Positions 37,919-47,044 are shown, counted from the first letter of the stretch. The stretch: 62,724 nt of DNA from a virus (IMGVR_UViG_3300014323_000033:1-62724), one strand, 5' to 3'. The notes: generated from the letters alone by a model not told the origin. Numbers and translations are program-made.

Positions 37919-38998
37919 TCAGATGACGGCGTCTTTGATGAGGCCGCCGACCGTATTCGCGATGAACTGCACGTCTTCCGCGTGGCCCGCGACGAGCTTC
38001 CGGCCGCCCTCGAGGCCCCGGTTGTCGTCGAAGAATTCGCGGCTCACGTACCCCGTGCCGCTGCTGCCCTTCGTGCGGAAGGTTTGCAGGGTGCGAACGC
38101 CCGTGCCCGATTCGGCCGAGCCGAGGTCGCTCACGAGCACGACGTCGTTCGGCATGATCGGCACCACGAGACCGGTGTCTTCGTCGAGCACGCGCGCGCC
38201 CACGATGTGGAAGGGCGGGAAGCCCGGCAGGCGGAAGTCGAGCAGGCGCTGCAGCTCCTGCACGCTCATCCCCGAGAGGTCACCCGGCGCGACGGGGTTG
38301 TCGCCCATCATCTGCCGCATGTAATCGCGGGTCGCTGCGTGAGCGAGGAACGTGTCGCGCACCTCCTCGCCGAAGTAGATCCCCGTGACCGGCTGGTAGC
38401 TCGCGCGGCACCGGAGCTGCAGGTCGAGGATCGGGTTCGAGTTGACGCCGCCGTTCCACTTGGTGGACGAGTCGAGCGTCGTCTTTTGCCCGGTGGCCCA
38501 GTTGGCGGCCGTGGTGAGCAGGTCCCACACGCGCAGCTCACGGTCGAGGTCGAGGCCGAGCCGGATCCGGTTCGCGGCTTCGCGGCTCAGGTCGTACGCG
38601 GCCTGGGCCTCGGTGGCCGTGGGCAGGAACGTCCCGAGGGCACGCGGCACCACGAGGTAGCTGTCGAGCGCGGAAGCCGGGTCCACCTCACCAACGGGGC
38701 TCTGGTACGACGTCTCGACGTTCACGCGTCGGAAGACGTTGTTCAGGCTCATGTTGCGGAAGCGGTCCTGATCCTTGTCGACCAGCTTGATCGGAGCGAC
38801 CTCGTCGGCGCGCCACACGCTGTACGGCTGGAAGCTCGCGAGGAACTGATCGAGCTCCTCGACGCTCGCCACGTCGATCGGCGAGAGCGAAAGCAGATGC
38901 TTCGTGATCGACTGCAGCTCGGCGTCGGTCGCCATCGTGACGTTGCCGGCGCCGGCCGCCATGAGCGCCGCGAGGGAGGTGCGAAGATTTGCAGACAT
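37919..38998 (-). CDS. Major capsid protein
   Basis: 359 aa after protease and cement genes; L..E.R, W.....NPI.DL motif; terminator downstream. Confidence 0.85.
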   Translation of the reverse strand: MSANLRTSLAALMAAGAGNVTMATDAELQSITKHLLSLSPIDVASVEELDQFLASFQPYSVWRADEVAPIKLVDKDQDRFRNMSLNNVFRRVNVETSYQSPVGEVDPASALDSYLVVPRALGTFLPTATEAQAAYDLSREAANRIRLGLDLDRELRVWDLLTTAANWATGQKTTLDSSTKWNGGVNSNPILDLQLRCRASYQPVTGIYFGEEVRDTFLAHAATRDYMRQMMGDNPVAPGDLSGMSVQELQRLLDFRLPGFPPFHIVGARVLDEDTGLVVPIMPNDVVLVSDLGSAESGTGVRTLQTFRTKGSSGTGYVSREFFDDNRGLEGGRKLVAGHAEDVQFIANTVGGLIKDAVI

Positions 38999-39055
38999 CG
39001 TGTGGGTTGCTCCGTGTGGGGGAAAACTCGATCAGCCTGGTTCGGACCGTGGCCC

Positions 39056-39526
39056 TTACGGCCCGGCCCCTTGCGGGCCCTGAGCGCCCTGAGCGCCCTG
39101 CGCACCCTGAGCACCTTGAGCGCCCTGAGCGCCTTGCGCGCCGCCCGAGAGGACCGCGACGCCGAAGTTGAATTCGCCCTCGCTCGTGTCGCCGTCCTCG
39201 GCGTCGAGGAGCGCCGTGCCGACGACCATGTCGCCGCCGGCCGCCGCCTTGAGCGCGCCCGTCGCCGTGGGCGCGAGCGGGTTGCCCGCGCTGATCGAGC
39301 CGCTCGCCTTGTAGTGCCAACGGCCCTCGCGCACGAGGTCGCCGTTGCCACCGTTCGGGATGACGCTGTGGGTGAGCCCCACGCAAACGTCGGTGTCGGC
39401 CGTGGGCAGCTTCACCGCGTCGACGCCGTTGGCGGTGTCGAAGATGACGGCGAGGAACGCACCGAGGTCGGCGCCGGTGCGGTTGCGGCCCGGTCGGAAC
39501 CGCTCGGGATACGTGGGTTGCTCCAT
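39056..39526 (-). CDS. Capsid cement/decoration protein (DUF2190-like) with collagen-like tail
   Basis: G.I.AG..L...ATG, VVG.AL.DA..GD; C-terminal (GAQ)6-GPQ. Confidence 0.75.
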   Translation of the reverse strand: MEQPTYPERFRPGRNRTGADLGAFLAVIFDTANGVDAVKLPTADTDVCVGLTHSVIPNGGNGDLVREGRWHYKASGSISAGNPLAPTATGALKAAAGGDMVVGTALLDAEDGDTSEGEFNFGVAVLSGGAQGAQGAQGAQGAQGAQGAQGPQGAGP

Positions 39527-39591
39527 TGGTCTTCGTCCTTCTAGGTGTCGATGCTCGATCGCTCGGAGGGGTGCGGGCTAGAGGCGCGTGC

Positions 39592-40437
39592 TCAGGAGGC
39601 GCGCGCCGTGGTGATGATCTCGACGCTCTGGTCGCGGCGCAGGTCGTGCGCGCGCTTGTCGATCTTGGTGAACGACGCCTTGGCCATCTCGGGCTCGTTC
39701 GCCTTGATCCAGTTGTGCAGCTTCTCGACCGGGTTGCGGCCCGAGACCGACGTGAGGTCGATCGTCTTCTTGCCACCGGGCGCAGCCGGCAGAGCGCCGG
39801 GCGTCATCTGCTGCCCGTTCGAGGGCGGCGGGACCGCCGTGAGGCGCGCGGGCGGCAGGTTCACCTGCCCACCGGGGCCGGCTGCGATCGTGGTGAGCAG
39901 GTGCGAAAGCGTCTGCTCGGCCACGCCGTACGTCGCGAGGAAGTCGCGGCGGCCGTCGAGGCGTGCCTGCGCCTTCTGCTTCCACGTGGCGTCCTTCGGC
40001 AGCGCCGCGAGCCGCGCCTCGATCTTCGACGTGCGCGCCGTGGTGAGCGCGAGGATCATGCCGTCGTCCTTCGGGTAGTTACGCGCAGCGACCGCCGCCG
40101 CAACGTCGCTGCCCGCGACCTGCTCGTCCTGCGTGGCCTGGCCGGCCATCATCTCGTCGAGCTGCGAGAGCGCGTCGGCGAGCTTCGTGCGAGCGGCCCG
40201 AATGTCGGGCGCGGCACTGATAGCGTCCTGCAGGTTCGGGAAGCCGAGCGCCTCGAGCAGCGTACCGAGGTCCGCGCTCTTGCCGACCGCTTCGTCGACG
40301 GCCGCGATGACGTCGGCCTCGCCGGCGAGCATGCGAGTAGAGAGGACCCGCGCGTGCTTCCCAGGGCGCGTGAAGATCGCGGCGAGCTTCGTGATGTCGA
40401 TCGTGACGGTGTTTTGAGAAGCAGCGGTAGCAGCCAT
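39592..40437 (-). CDS. Internally initiated scaffold protein (Mu Z-like), in frame with the protease
   Basis: In-frame ATG at 40437 preceded by GAAGGGAAC within an unusually AT-rich, rare-codon linker. Confidence 0.6.
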   Translation of the reverse strand: MAATAASQNTVTIDITKLAAIFTRPGKHARVLSTRMLAGEADVIAAVDEAVGKSADLGTLLEALGFPNLQDAISAAPDIRAARTKLADALSQLDEMMAGQATQDEQVAGSDVAAAVAARNYPKDDGMILALTTARTSKIEARLAALPKDATWKQKAQARLDGRRDFLATYGVAEQTLSHLLTTIAAGPGGQVNLPPARLTAVPPPSNGQQMTPGALPAAPGGKKTIDLTSVSGRNPVEKLHNWIKANEPEMAKASFTKIDKRAHDLRRDQSVEIITTARAS

Positions 40438-41427
40438 TGGTTGGTTCCCTTCGGAGGAGGCAGAGGCCCCGGGCGCCCCTTGAGGAGTAACGAGAGCGGC
40501 AGCGGCCTGGCTAGCCTGTTGGCTCACCTCGTCCGCCGTGGCCGTGATCGGCACGCCCCAGATTTTTCGTAGGTCGCTCAGGATCTGGTCGAGGTCCACG
40601 CCCGGCGGGGTCGTCCCCGGCGTGTTGGCCCACGACACGATCCGCGTGATTTGCCCGAGGACTTCGTCCACGGAGGTCGCCGCGGGCAGGTTCAAGCAAT
40701 CGCGCGTGTACTCGAACCCCTGCTGCGGCGAGCTCGCGGCGTCGCCGTACCAGTTGGAGAGGAGCGCGCGCGCACGCCGGCGGTCTCGCGCCGCGATCGG
40801 CGTGAGCATCTTCAGGAACGGATGGTTCGTGAAGGCGATCGACGTGAGCATGGGGCCCACCTCGGCGCCGGTGACCGGGTCGATTCCGTCGGTGAAAGCG
40901 ATCGAGACGAATTGGTAATTCTCGTTCGCGATCTGCTCTTGGATGACGGTGCCGAGCTTGGCGAGCGCCCAGAGCTCAAGCGTGCCGTCCTCGCCCGTGC
41001 GCTTCTCGAGCTCGAGGGCCCACGCCGGCGCGACGGCGCCAAACTGCGGGATGCTCCCCTCGGTGGGCATCATCTCCGACGCGTGCTCGTAGTCGAAGGG
41101 CAGGACCTTCGTTTCGCCGTGCCCGCTCTCGCCGAGCTTGTACTGCGGGTTCGCGTGAAAATTCTTGATGAACGAATCGAACACGGTCTCGTCGAGCGTG
41201 AACGGGTTCGTGTGGCCCTGGTACGTGCCCGCGCTCGCGACGTGGATCCACTTGAGCTCGGGCGTGGGCGCGGCTTCGTCGCCCTCGGGCTCGGGCTCTT
41301 CGGCCGTGAGCTGCCAACGCAGCGGCGCACCGAGACGCACCTCGAGCTCGTGCTCGTCCGACGCGCGGCGCGAGCGCGGCGGGGTGCGCCGCGTGGGCGG
41401 CGCTGCACTCTGTCCGCGGCGGCCCAT
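39592..41427 (-). CDS. Mu I-like prohead protease/scaffold
   Basis: G.Y.GH, PFDYEH, APAW, YQFVS, L.SIAFTNHPFL; true start may lie downstream of 41427. Confidence 0.88.
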   Translation of the reverse strand: MGRRGQSAAPPTRRTPPRSRRASDEHELEVRLGAPLRWQLTAEEPEPEGDEAAPTPELKWIHVASAGTYQGHTNPFTLDETVFDSFIKNFHANPQYKLGESGHGETKVLPFDYEHASEMMPTEGSIPQFGAVAPAWALELEKRTGEDGTLELWALAKLGTVIQEQIANENYQFVSIAFTDGIDPVTGAEVGPMLTSIAFTNHPFLKMLTPIAARDRRRARALLSNWYGDAASSPQQGFEYTRDCLNLPAATSVDEVLGQITRIVSWANTPGTTPPGVDLDQILSDLRKIWGVPITATADEVSQQASQAAAALVTPQGAPGASASSEGNQPMAATAASQNTVTIDITKLAAIFTRPGKHARVLSTRMLAGEADVIAAVDEAVGKSADLGTLLEALGFPNLQDAISAAPDIRAARTKLADALSQLDEMMAGQATQDEQVAGSDVAAAVAARNYPKDDGMILALTTARTSKIEARLAALPKDATWKQKAQARLDGRRDFLATYGVAEQTLSHLLTTIAAGPGGQVNLPPARLTAVPPPSNGQQMTPGALPAAPGGKKTIDLTSVSGRNPVEKLHNWIKANEPEMAKASFTKIDKRAHDLRRDQSVEIITTARAS

Positions 41428-41867
41428 CAGTCGCGCGTCCGGGCGTCGGCCTTGGCGACGTAGAGGTGCACCTTGACGACGCCCGCCGTGAGCGCCGAGA
41501 GCTTGTGACCGCCGTCGGGGTCGAAGTTGGCGACGAGTGACTCGCCCTCGTAGAGGCCGCGAGGACGAACGCCCGCGGTGCCCTTGTAGAGACCCGCGAC
41601 CGCCATGCCGTCGAGCGCGCTCGCGATCGAGTCCTTGTCGCCGCTCCTGCCGAGCGTGACAGCGAGCGAGCTCACGCTGCCGCCGCTGCCGGGCGTCACG
41701 ACCTCGAAGTCGTAGTCCATGAGCACCTCACCGTCGCCGAGCGTCACGAGCGCGGCGTCGCCATCGGTGCCGTTGGTGTCCGCCGAGCCGACGAGATCGG
41801 CCAGAGCGATCGTGATGATGATGTGGCGCAGGCGCGCCTCGAAGGACCGAATCTCCCGTTGGCTCAT
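41427..41867 (-). CDS. Putative head decoration protein
   Basis: Beta-rich 146-aa ORF in the head module. Confidence 0.55.
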   Translation of the reverse strand: MSQREIRSFEARLRHIIITIALADLVGSADTNGTDGDAALVTLGDGEVLMDYDFEVVTPGSGGSVSSLAVTLGRSGDKDSIASALDGMAVAGLYKGTAGVRPRGLYEGESLVANFDPDGGHKLSALTAGVVKVHLYVAKADARTRD

Positions 41868-41915
41868 GGCGCGATGCTCCCCCCCTCGAGCGCGGCCGGT
41901 CTAGCCCCCCTTGGG

Positions 41916-43295
41916 CTACGCGTACTTGATGCTCGCCCAAACCTCATGGGTCGGGCCGATCCCGCTGAAATTCGTTTTGACCGCGATCTTGTCCCCGCGC
42001 GAGACCGCGACCGTGTGGGTGTCGTCTGCGAGCGCGAGCTCGAACCCGGTGAACGAAACGGTGAGCGCCGTTGCGCTGCCGTTCTTGTAGACCGTGAAGG
42101 TCGGCCCGGAGTCGAGGCCGCTCTCGGCGCTCACATAGAAGTTCTTGAGCGTGCCGTCGCGGTTGAGCACCACCTGCCCGTCGGCCTCGGCGACGAAGGG
42201 CTGGCCCGCCGGCGATCCCACGTTGAAAAAGTCCTGGCCGGTGCCGGTCGCTCCGGCATCGACGCCGAAGTAAAGGCCGGGCTCGACGTTGCTGCCGGTG
42301 GGCCCCTGCGTGCCTTGCGTGCCTTGCGTGCCCTGCGTGCCTTGGGCGCCCTGGACGCCTTGGCTGCCCTGCGCGCCTTGAGCACCTTGGGCGCCGGCCG
42401 CACCCTGAGCACCTTGAGCACCCGCTGCGCCCTGAGCTCCTTGCGCGCCGGCGTTGCCTTGAGCACCCGCTGCGCCCTGCGCGCCTTGAGCGCCCGCTGC
42501 ACCTTGGGCACCCGGCGCGCCCTGCGCACCCGCCGCGCCCTGGGCTCCTTGCGCACCCGCCGCACCCTGAGCGCCGGCCGCACCTTGCACGCCCTGCGCG
42601 CCGGCAGCGCCGTCGTCGCCCTGCGGCCCGTCGATCCCGTCGTCGCCCTGCACGCCCTGCGGCCCTTGAACGCCGGGGTCACCCTGCGCGCCCTGCGGCC
42701 CGCCCGTGCCCTGCGCGCCTTGGTTCCCCTGGGCGCCGGCGGCACCTTGCGCACCCTGCGGCCCTTGCGGTCCCTGCGCGCCGCCGCCCCCGCCGCCGGC
42801 CTGCAGAATGCGCAGCGCCTTGTTGATGGCCTCCGCCCACGTGAGCGACGAGAACTGCTTGAGCTCGGTCGGCACCATGAGGCGCAGGCCCGAGCCGTTC
42901 GCGTACACGACCATGCGCTCGAAAATCTTCGTCGGGTCCGGGCGGCCGAGCGCGTCGGTGCCGGAGTCGATCACGCTGCGCACGATCCACGAATGCAGCT
43001 CGTCGCCGGTGTCGGGGAACGCACACGTGATCTCGCCGGCGGGCGAGCCGGGCGAGCGCACGTACTGCCCGGTGGTGGCGCCCACGAGATCGAGCACGGG
43101 CGCGCCGTCGGAGCACTCCGGAGGGTTGACCAGAATGTCGGCGCCAGGCGTGTACGCGCTCGGGTCGAAGACGCGCAGGCGCCAGGTCTTCACGCCGTCC
43201 GGATCGCGCAGCGTGAACGTGAGCGTCGCGCCAGGCGTGGCGACGAAGCCCGCGTCCTCGCCGTCGTCGTTGATGTCGAACCGAGGGCTGGTCAC
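41916..43295 (-). CDS. Collagen-like head-region fibre protein, paralogue of 18414-21296
   Basis: Shared N-terminal domain, long (G-X-Q)n, short beta C-terminal domain. Confidence 0.8.
   Translation of the reverse strand: MTSPRFDINDDGEDAGFVATPGATLTFTLRDPDGVKTWRLRVFDPSAYTPGADILVNPPECSDGAPVLDLVGATTGQYVRSPGSPAGEITCAFPDTGDELHSWIVRSVIDSGTDALGRPDPTKIFERMVVYANGSGLRLMVPTELKQFSSLTWAEAINKALRILQAGGGGGGAQGPQGPQGAQGAAGAQGNQGAQGTGGPQGAQGDPGVQGPQGVQGDDGIDGPQGDDGAAGAQGVQGAAGAQGAAGAQGAQGAAGAQGAPGAQGAAGAQGAQGAAGAQGNAGAQGAQGAAGAQGAQGAAGAQGAQGAQGSQGVQGAQGTQGTQGTQGTQGPTGSNVEPGLYFGVDAGATGTGQDFFNVGSPAGQPFVAEADGQVVLNRDGTLKNFYVSAESGLDSGPTFTVYKNGSATALTVSFTGFELALADDTHTVAVSRGDKIAVKTNFSGIGPTHEVWASIKYA
42300..42780 (-). 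repeat. 9-bp-period collagen (Gly-X-Y) coding repeat
   Basis: GAQ/GPQ/GVQ/GTQ triplets. Confidence 0.9.
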
Positions 43296-43328
43296 GGAGC
43301 GAGGCTAGCGACCGCGCGCCCGGCCCCG

Positions 43329-44342
43329 CTAGAGCAGCCCGCCCACGGTCGAGACGAAACCCTTGTCGGGCACCTCGGCGAGGTCGCTCTCGACCGGGCC
43401 ATCGTAGCTCGCGGGCAGCGAGCGGAGCCGGTGCCGGCAGTTGAAACCCCACGGCGGGATCTTGCCCTTCCAATTGGGGTTGTCGGCCCGCATGACGGCG
43501 TTGTTGTGCTGCGCGTGCCATGGGCGCTCGCGCGGCGGCCCGTCGCCCACGCCGACGACCTGCCAGAACGGACGCACCTTGAGCACGCTCGGGCGCATCA
43601 TGTGCTCGAGGCGCCCGGCGCTGTACGCCTTCTGCACGTTGGTGCGGAAGATCGTTTCCACGTGCGACGGGCTCTTCGGCGTCCAGCCGTTCGAGACGAG
43701 CCGCTGCTCGACGAACGCGCGGAAGCTTCGGAGGTCCGCGCCCTCGGCGACCTGGCGCGCGAGCTCCTGCTGCGCGACCTTGAGCATGGACTTCTTTCCG
43801 AGGCCCGCGAGCGTGAACGCCTTCTCTTGCGCCTTGCTGTCGAGCGCGTCGAAGACGCGGCGCGTGACGGGCTTGAGCTCGAGGAACTTGGCGACCGCCG
43901 TCTGGTAGGGCAGCGAGTCGAAGCCGATGAACTTGAAAACGGTCCCCACGTCGACGAGCCGGCGCGCCGTGGCCTGCACGCTCGCGGGCTCCTCGAACGC
44001 CGGCGCCGCGATCTCGTTGTCGGTGCTCACCTCGTAGGCGCTGTCCATCGCGCCGAGCATGACGCCGTGAGTGAGCGACTGCTGCAGCGGGTCGGCGAAG
44101 AGCTTGACCGCGCTCGGCGGGATCGCGTCGGCGAGCGCCTGCAGGATCGCCTCGGGTGTCGAAAGCCCGTCGACGGCGAGGCCGATCATGCTCACCCAAT
44201 GACCAGTCACCACGGAGCCGTCGGCGACGCCCGTGTCGATGATCGTCTCGGGCGAGCCGTTGACGCGCTCGGCTTCCTTCTCGGTGAGCAGGTGCGGCGG
44301 CAGCGCCGCGCAGATGGCGCAGCTACTCGTCGCGGTGCTCAT
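43329..44342 (-). CDS. Head morphogenesis protein (Mu F / SPP1 gp7-like)
   Basis: AFT.AG, ETIFRTNV..AY.AGR, R..H, PP.GFNCR. Confidence 0.88.
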   Translation of the reverse strand: MSTATSSCAICAALPPHLLTEKEAERVNGSPETIIDTGVADGSVVTGHWVSMIGLAVDGLSTPEAILQALADAIPPSAVKLFADPLQQSLTHGVMLGAMDSAYEVSTDNEIAAPAFEEPASVQATARRLVDVGTVFKFIGFDSLPYQTAVAKFLELKPVTRRVFDALDSKAQEKAFTLAGLGKKSMLKVAQQELARQVAEGADLRSFRAFVEQRLVSNGWTPKSPSHVETIFRTNVQKAYSAGRLEHMMRPSVLKVRPFWQVVGVGDGPPRERPWHAQHNNAVMRADNPNWKGKIPPWGFNCRHRLRSLPASYDGPVESDLAEVPDKGFVSTVGGLL

Positions 44343-46074
44343 CGGCGAGCCCCGAGGGAGGATCGAACGCCGGCCTGATGAGCCCGCCCTCGGTCGCCGG
44401 CGTGGGGAGCTCGGAGGGCGGCACGGGCTGCCCGGGTGGTGGCGTGCCGGGTGGCGCAGGAGCGGGCGGCGGCGGCTGCGCGGGTGGCGCTCCGGGGTTC
44501 GTCGGCGGCGGCAGGACGCCGAGCGGCTCGGCCGGCGGCAGCTCAAGCTCGCCGGGCTTCGGCGTCTTGCCCTTCGGGTAGACGATGCGAACGCGCGGCG
44601 TGGGCTCGGGGAACCCGGGTTCGGCCTGCTCGGCGATCTCCTGCAGGAACGCCTCATGCGCCTCGTCGGGGATCCGGTAGCCCGCGCGCTCGTGCGCCTC
44701 CTCGAGCGCGATCTTTAGGCCGGCGCTCGTGGCCTCCTTGATCCGCGTGACCTCCTTGTCGCGGTCGACCATGGCCTCGAGCTTCGTCCGGTAGATCGGC
44801 GCGTAGGGCATGGCCTGCTCGCCGTAGTTCAGGAGGACGATCTCGTCGCACAACTGCTGCTCGATCGCTTCGTCTTCGTCCATGCAATCGGCCGCGATGA
44901 TGAGGTCCTCCTCCGAGAGGTGCGCGTCGCCGATGCTCGAGCCGAGGCCCGTGCTCACGGCGTCGGTCGTCCCCGTCGCGCCGAGGATCAGTTTCGAGAG
45001 CACGAAGCGCGCGTCGTCGATCGACTCCTTGTGCGTCTGCGAGCTGCCGGGGCCGGGCTGGAAGAACCCCGCTTTCACGCCGGGCGCGAGCCAGAACGCC
45101 TGCTTGCTGCTCATGTTCTGCAGCACCTCGAACGCGTCCTGGATCAGGTCCGCCGAGGCCGGGCGGTCGCCGTCGGAGTACGCCCAGCGCCACGGCTTGG
45201 CGAATTGCTCGAGGAGCTCGAGGCGCTCGCGCGTGCCGAGCCGTTGGAAGTACGACCAGTAGAGGCACCGGAGCTGCAGGCCCTCGAGCTCGGCGTAGTC
45301 GTCGAAGAGCTGCGGTTGGAACGCGAGGAACTTGCCCGGGAAGTCGTTGAGCCGGATCCCGTGCACGGTCGTGTTGAACCCGCCGTCACTCCAATCGTCC
45401 ACGAGCACGAGCTCACGCTGCGCCGTGAAGGACACGCGCCGCGGGTGCACCCAATGCAGGCCGACGAGCTTCCACGCCTCGGGGCGGGCGAGGCCGAGCT
45501 CGGGCCCGGGGACGACCTTCCATTCCTTCTCGAGCACGGCGCGGCCGTCCCACACACCCCAACGCAGGCGGCGCCGCGCGCGCCGGAAGTCCTTGAGCGA
45601 CATCAACTGCGAGCGGACGTGATCGGCGATCTCCTTGGCGAGCTCGGCGTCGAAGCCGCGCACGCCCTCGCCCGTGTTGGCGACGACCTCCCATTCGAAC
45701 ACGCTCGCGCGGTTGAGCCGCTTCTGCAGGAGCCCGGACGTGTGGCCGTCGAGCAGCAGTGACTCGCGGCCCATGTCCGTCACCTCGCGCATGCGGCCGC
45801 GCATGACGTTGCGGATCGAGAGGTCGATGCGGTCGAGGTCAAGCGAGCGCCCGAAGTAGGTCCGGGCCTGCTCGGTCTTCGGCAGCTTGCCCGTGAGGCG
45901 CTGCGCGAGCTCGAGACGGTTGAGCCCCGAGTAGAGCGCGCGCACCCCGGCCCGCTCGAGCTGGCGCGCCCGTCGTTCGTTGCGGCGCTCCTCGAGCTCG
46001 CGGCGGCGCTCGCTCCGGGCGTTGCCCTTGGTGACCTTGGGTGTGCGCTTCCCAGTGAGAGCGGCTCGGGCCAT
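44323..46074 (-). CDS. Portal protein, DUF935 / Mu gp29-like
   Basis: D.H....LQKR, G.AVLE..W, GL..C.W, E.F..P, SK.ILG.T.T, GLGS. Confidence 0.88.
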   Translation of the reverse strand: MARAALTGKRTPKVTKGNARSERRRELEERRNERRARQLERAGVRALYSGLNRLELAQRLTGKLPKTEQARTYFGRSLDLDRIDLSIRNVMRGRMREVTDMGRESLLLDGHTSGLLQKRLNRASVFEWEVVANTGEGVRGFDAELAKEIADHVRSQLMSLKDFRRARRRLRWGVWDGRAVLEKEWKVVPGPELGLARPEAWKLVGLHWVHPRRVSFTAQRELVLVDDWSDGGFNTTVHGIRLNDFPGKFLAFQPQLFDDYAELEGLQLRCLYWSYFQRLGTRERLELLEQFAKPWRWAYSDGDRPASADLIQDAFEVLQNMSSKQAFWLAPGVKAGFFQPGPGSSQTHKESIDDARFVLSKLILGATGTTDAVSTGLGSSIGDAHLSEEDLIIAADCMDEDEAIEQQLCDEIVLLNYGEQAMPYAPIYRTKLEAMVDRDKEVTRIKEATSAGLKIALEEAHERAGYRIPDEAHEAFLQEIAEQAEPGFPEPTPRVRIVYPKGKTPKPGELELPPAEPLGVLPPPTNPGAPPAQPPPPAPAPPGTPPPGQPVPPSELPTPATEGGLIRPAFDPPSGLADEHRDE

Positions 46075-46109
46075 GCGCCGCGAGCATCGCACGCCCCTAA
46101 CGGGGCCGG

Positions 46110-46679
46110 CTACCTTGCGGCCGAGCGCGCCAGGCGCACGAGGTAGCGCGCGAAAAGGACCGGCGTTCGATTCCGCTGGGCTCGGCTGCAGACCTTCACG
46201 CCCGGCGGCACGAGCCCGCCGTCGCTCGAGGTGCCGCGCCGGCGACGCCCCGAGACCCAATGTGTGGGCGCGCGCCCGAAGAACGGAGGAGCCGCGAGCG
46301 CCGAGCGCGGCACGCCCACGAGGTAGAGCCAGGTCCGTTTACGCGCGGGGTGCCCCCATTCGCATTGGTCCACCTCGAGCGAGAAGCCGCCCCACCGATC
46401 GGGCCGCTCGCCGGGCTTGGGCAGGTAGGCGAAGAGCGCCGAGCGCGCGGGGTGCTCGAGGACGCCGCCCCAACGGCGCACCTGCCGGATCGCGAGCAGC
46501 GCGAGGTCGCGGTCCTCGGCTCGGTGCAGGTGCGAGTTACCGCCCCACGCCCCACAAGGCGGGTGGGCGACGATCGGGTGCGGGCCCGCGTAGGCGCGCG
46601 CGTCACGCTCGCGCGGCCAGGCGTCGACGCCGGCGAGCTCGGCGTACGGCCCGAGCGCGTCGACGTAGAGGGCCGCTAC
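46110..46679 (-). CDS. Short DNA cytosine methyltransferase-like protein (start uncertain)
   Basis: IVAHPPC, GVLEHP.RS, VDQ..WGH.ARK.TWLY resemble C5-MTase motifs IV, VI and VIII. Confidence 0.6.
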   Translation of the reverse strand, partial: VAALYVDALGPYAELAGVDAWPRERDARAYAGPHPIVAHPPCGAWGGNSHLHRAEDRDLALLAIRQVRRWGGVLEHPARSALFAYLPKPGERPDRWGGFSLEVDQCEWGHPARKRTWLYLVGVPRSALAAPPFFGRAPTHWVSGRRRRGTSSDGGLVPPGVKVCSRAQRNRTPVLFARYLVRLARSAAR

Positions 46680-47044
46680 CCGAGCAGCGCGAGCACGGCC
46701 GCGCGAGCTCGGGCGCGCAGGCTCGGCGGCGCCGGCGGCGGCATGCGCAGCTCGCTCGTGAGCTTGCGCGCGAGGCTCTCGGCCTGGGCCGCTTCCGCGC
46801 GCCGCACGGCCACCCGCTCGAGGATCGTGGGGCCCATGTCCCGCACGAGCTGCTCGGTCCGCATGAGGCGCTGCCACGGCTTCGCCTTGCCCGCCTGCGG
46901 CGCGAGCGTCTCGGTCAGTGCGCGCACCGTCCATTCGACGCCCTCGAGGAACCCGCGCAGCTTGCCCGCCGCGATCCACGCTTGCGCGAGCGCGTCGAGC
47001 TCTGCGTGCGCTCGCGCCTTTTCGTCGCAACCCTTACAGCTCAC
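46676..47044 (-). CDS. Hypothetical protein
   Basis: GTGA coupling; N-terminal CKGC. Confidence 0.6.
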   Translation of the reverse strand: MSCKGCDEKARAHAELDALAQAWIAAGKLRGFLEGVEWTVRALTETLAPQAGKAKPWQRLMRTEQLVRDMGPTILERVAVRRAEAAQAESLARKLTSELRMPPPAPPSLRARARAAVLALLG

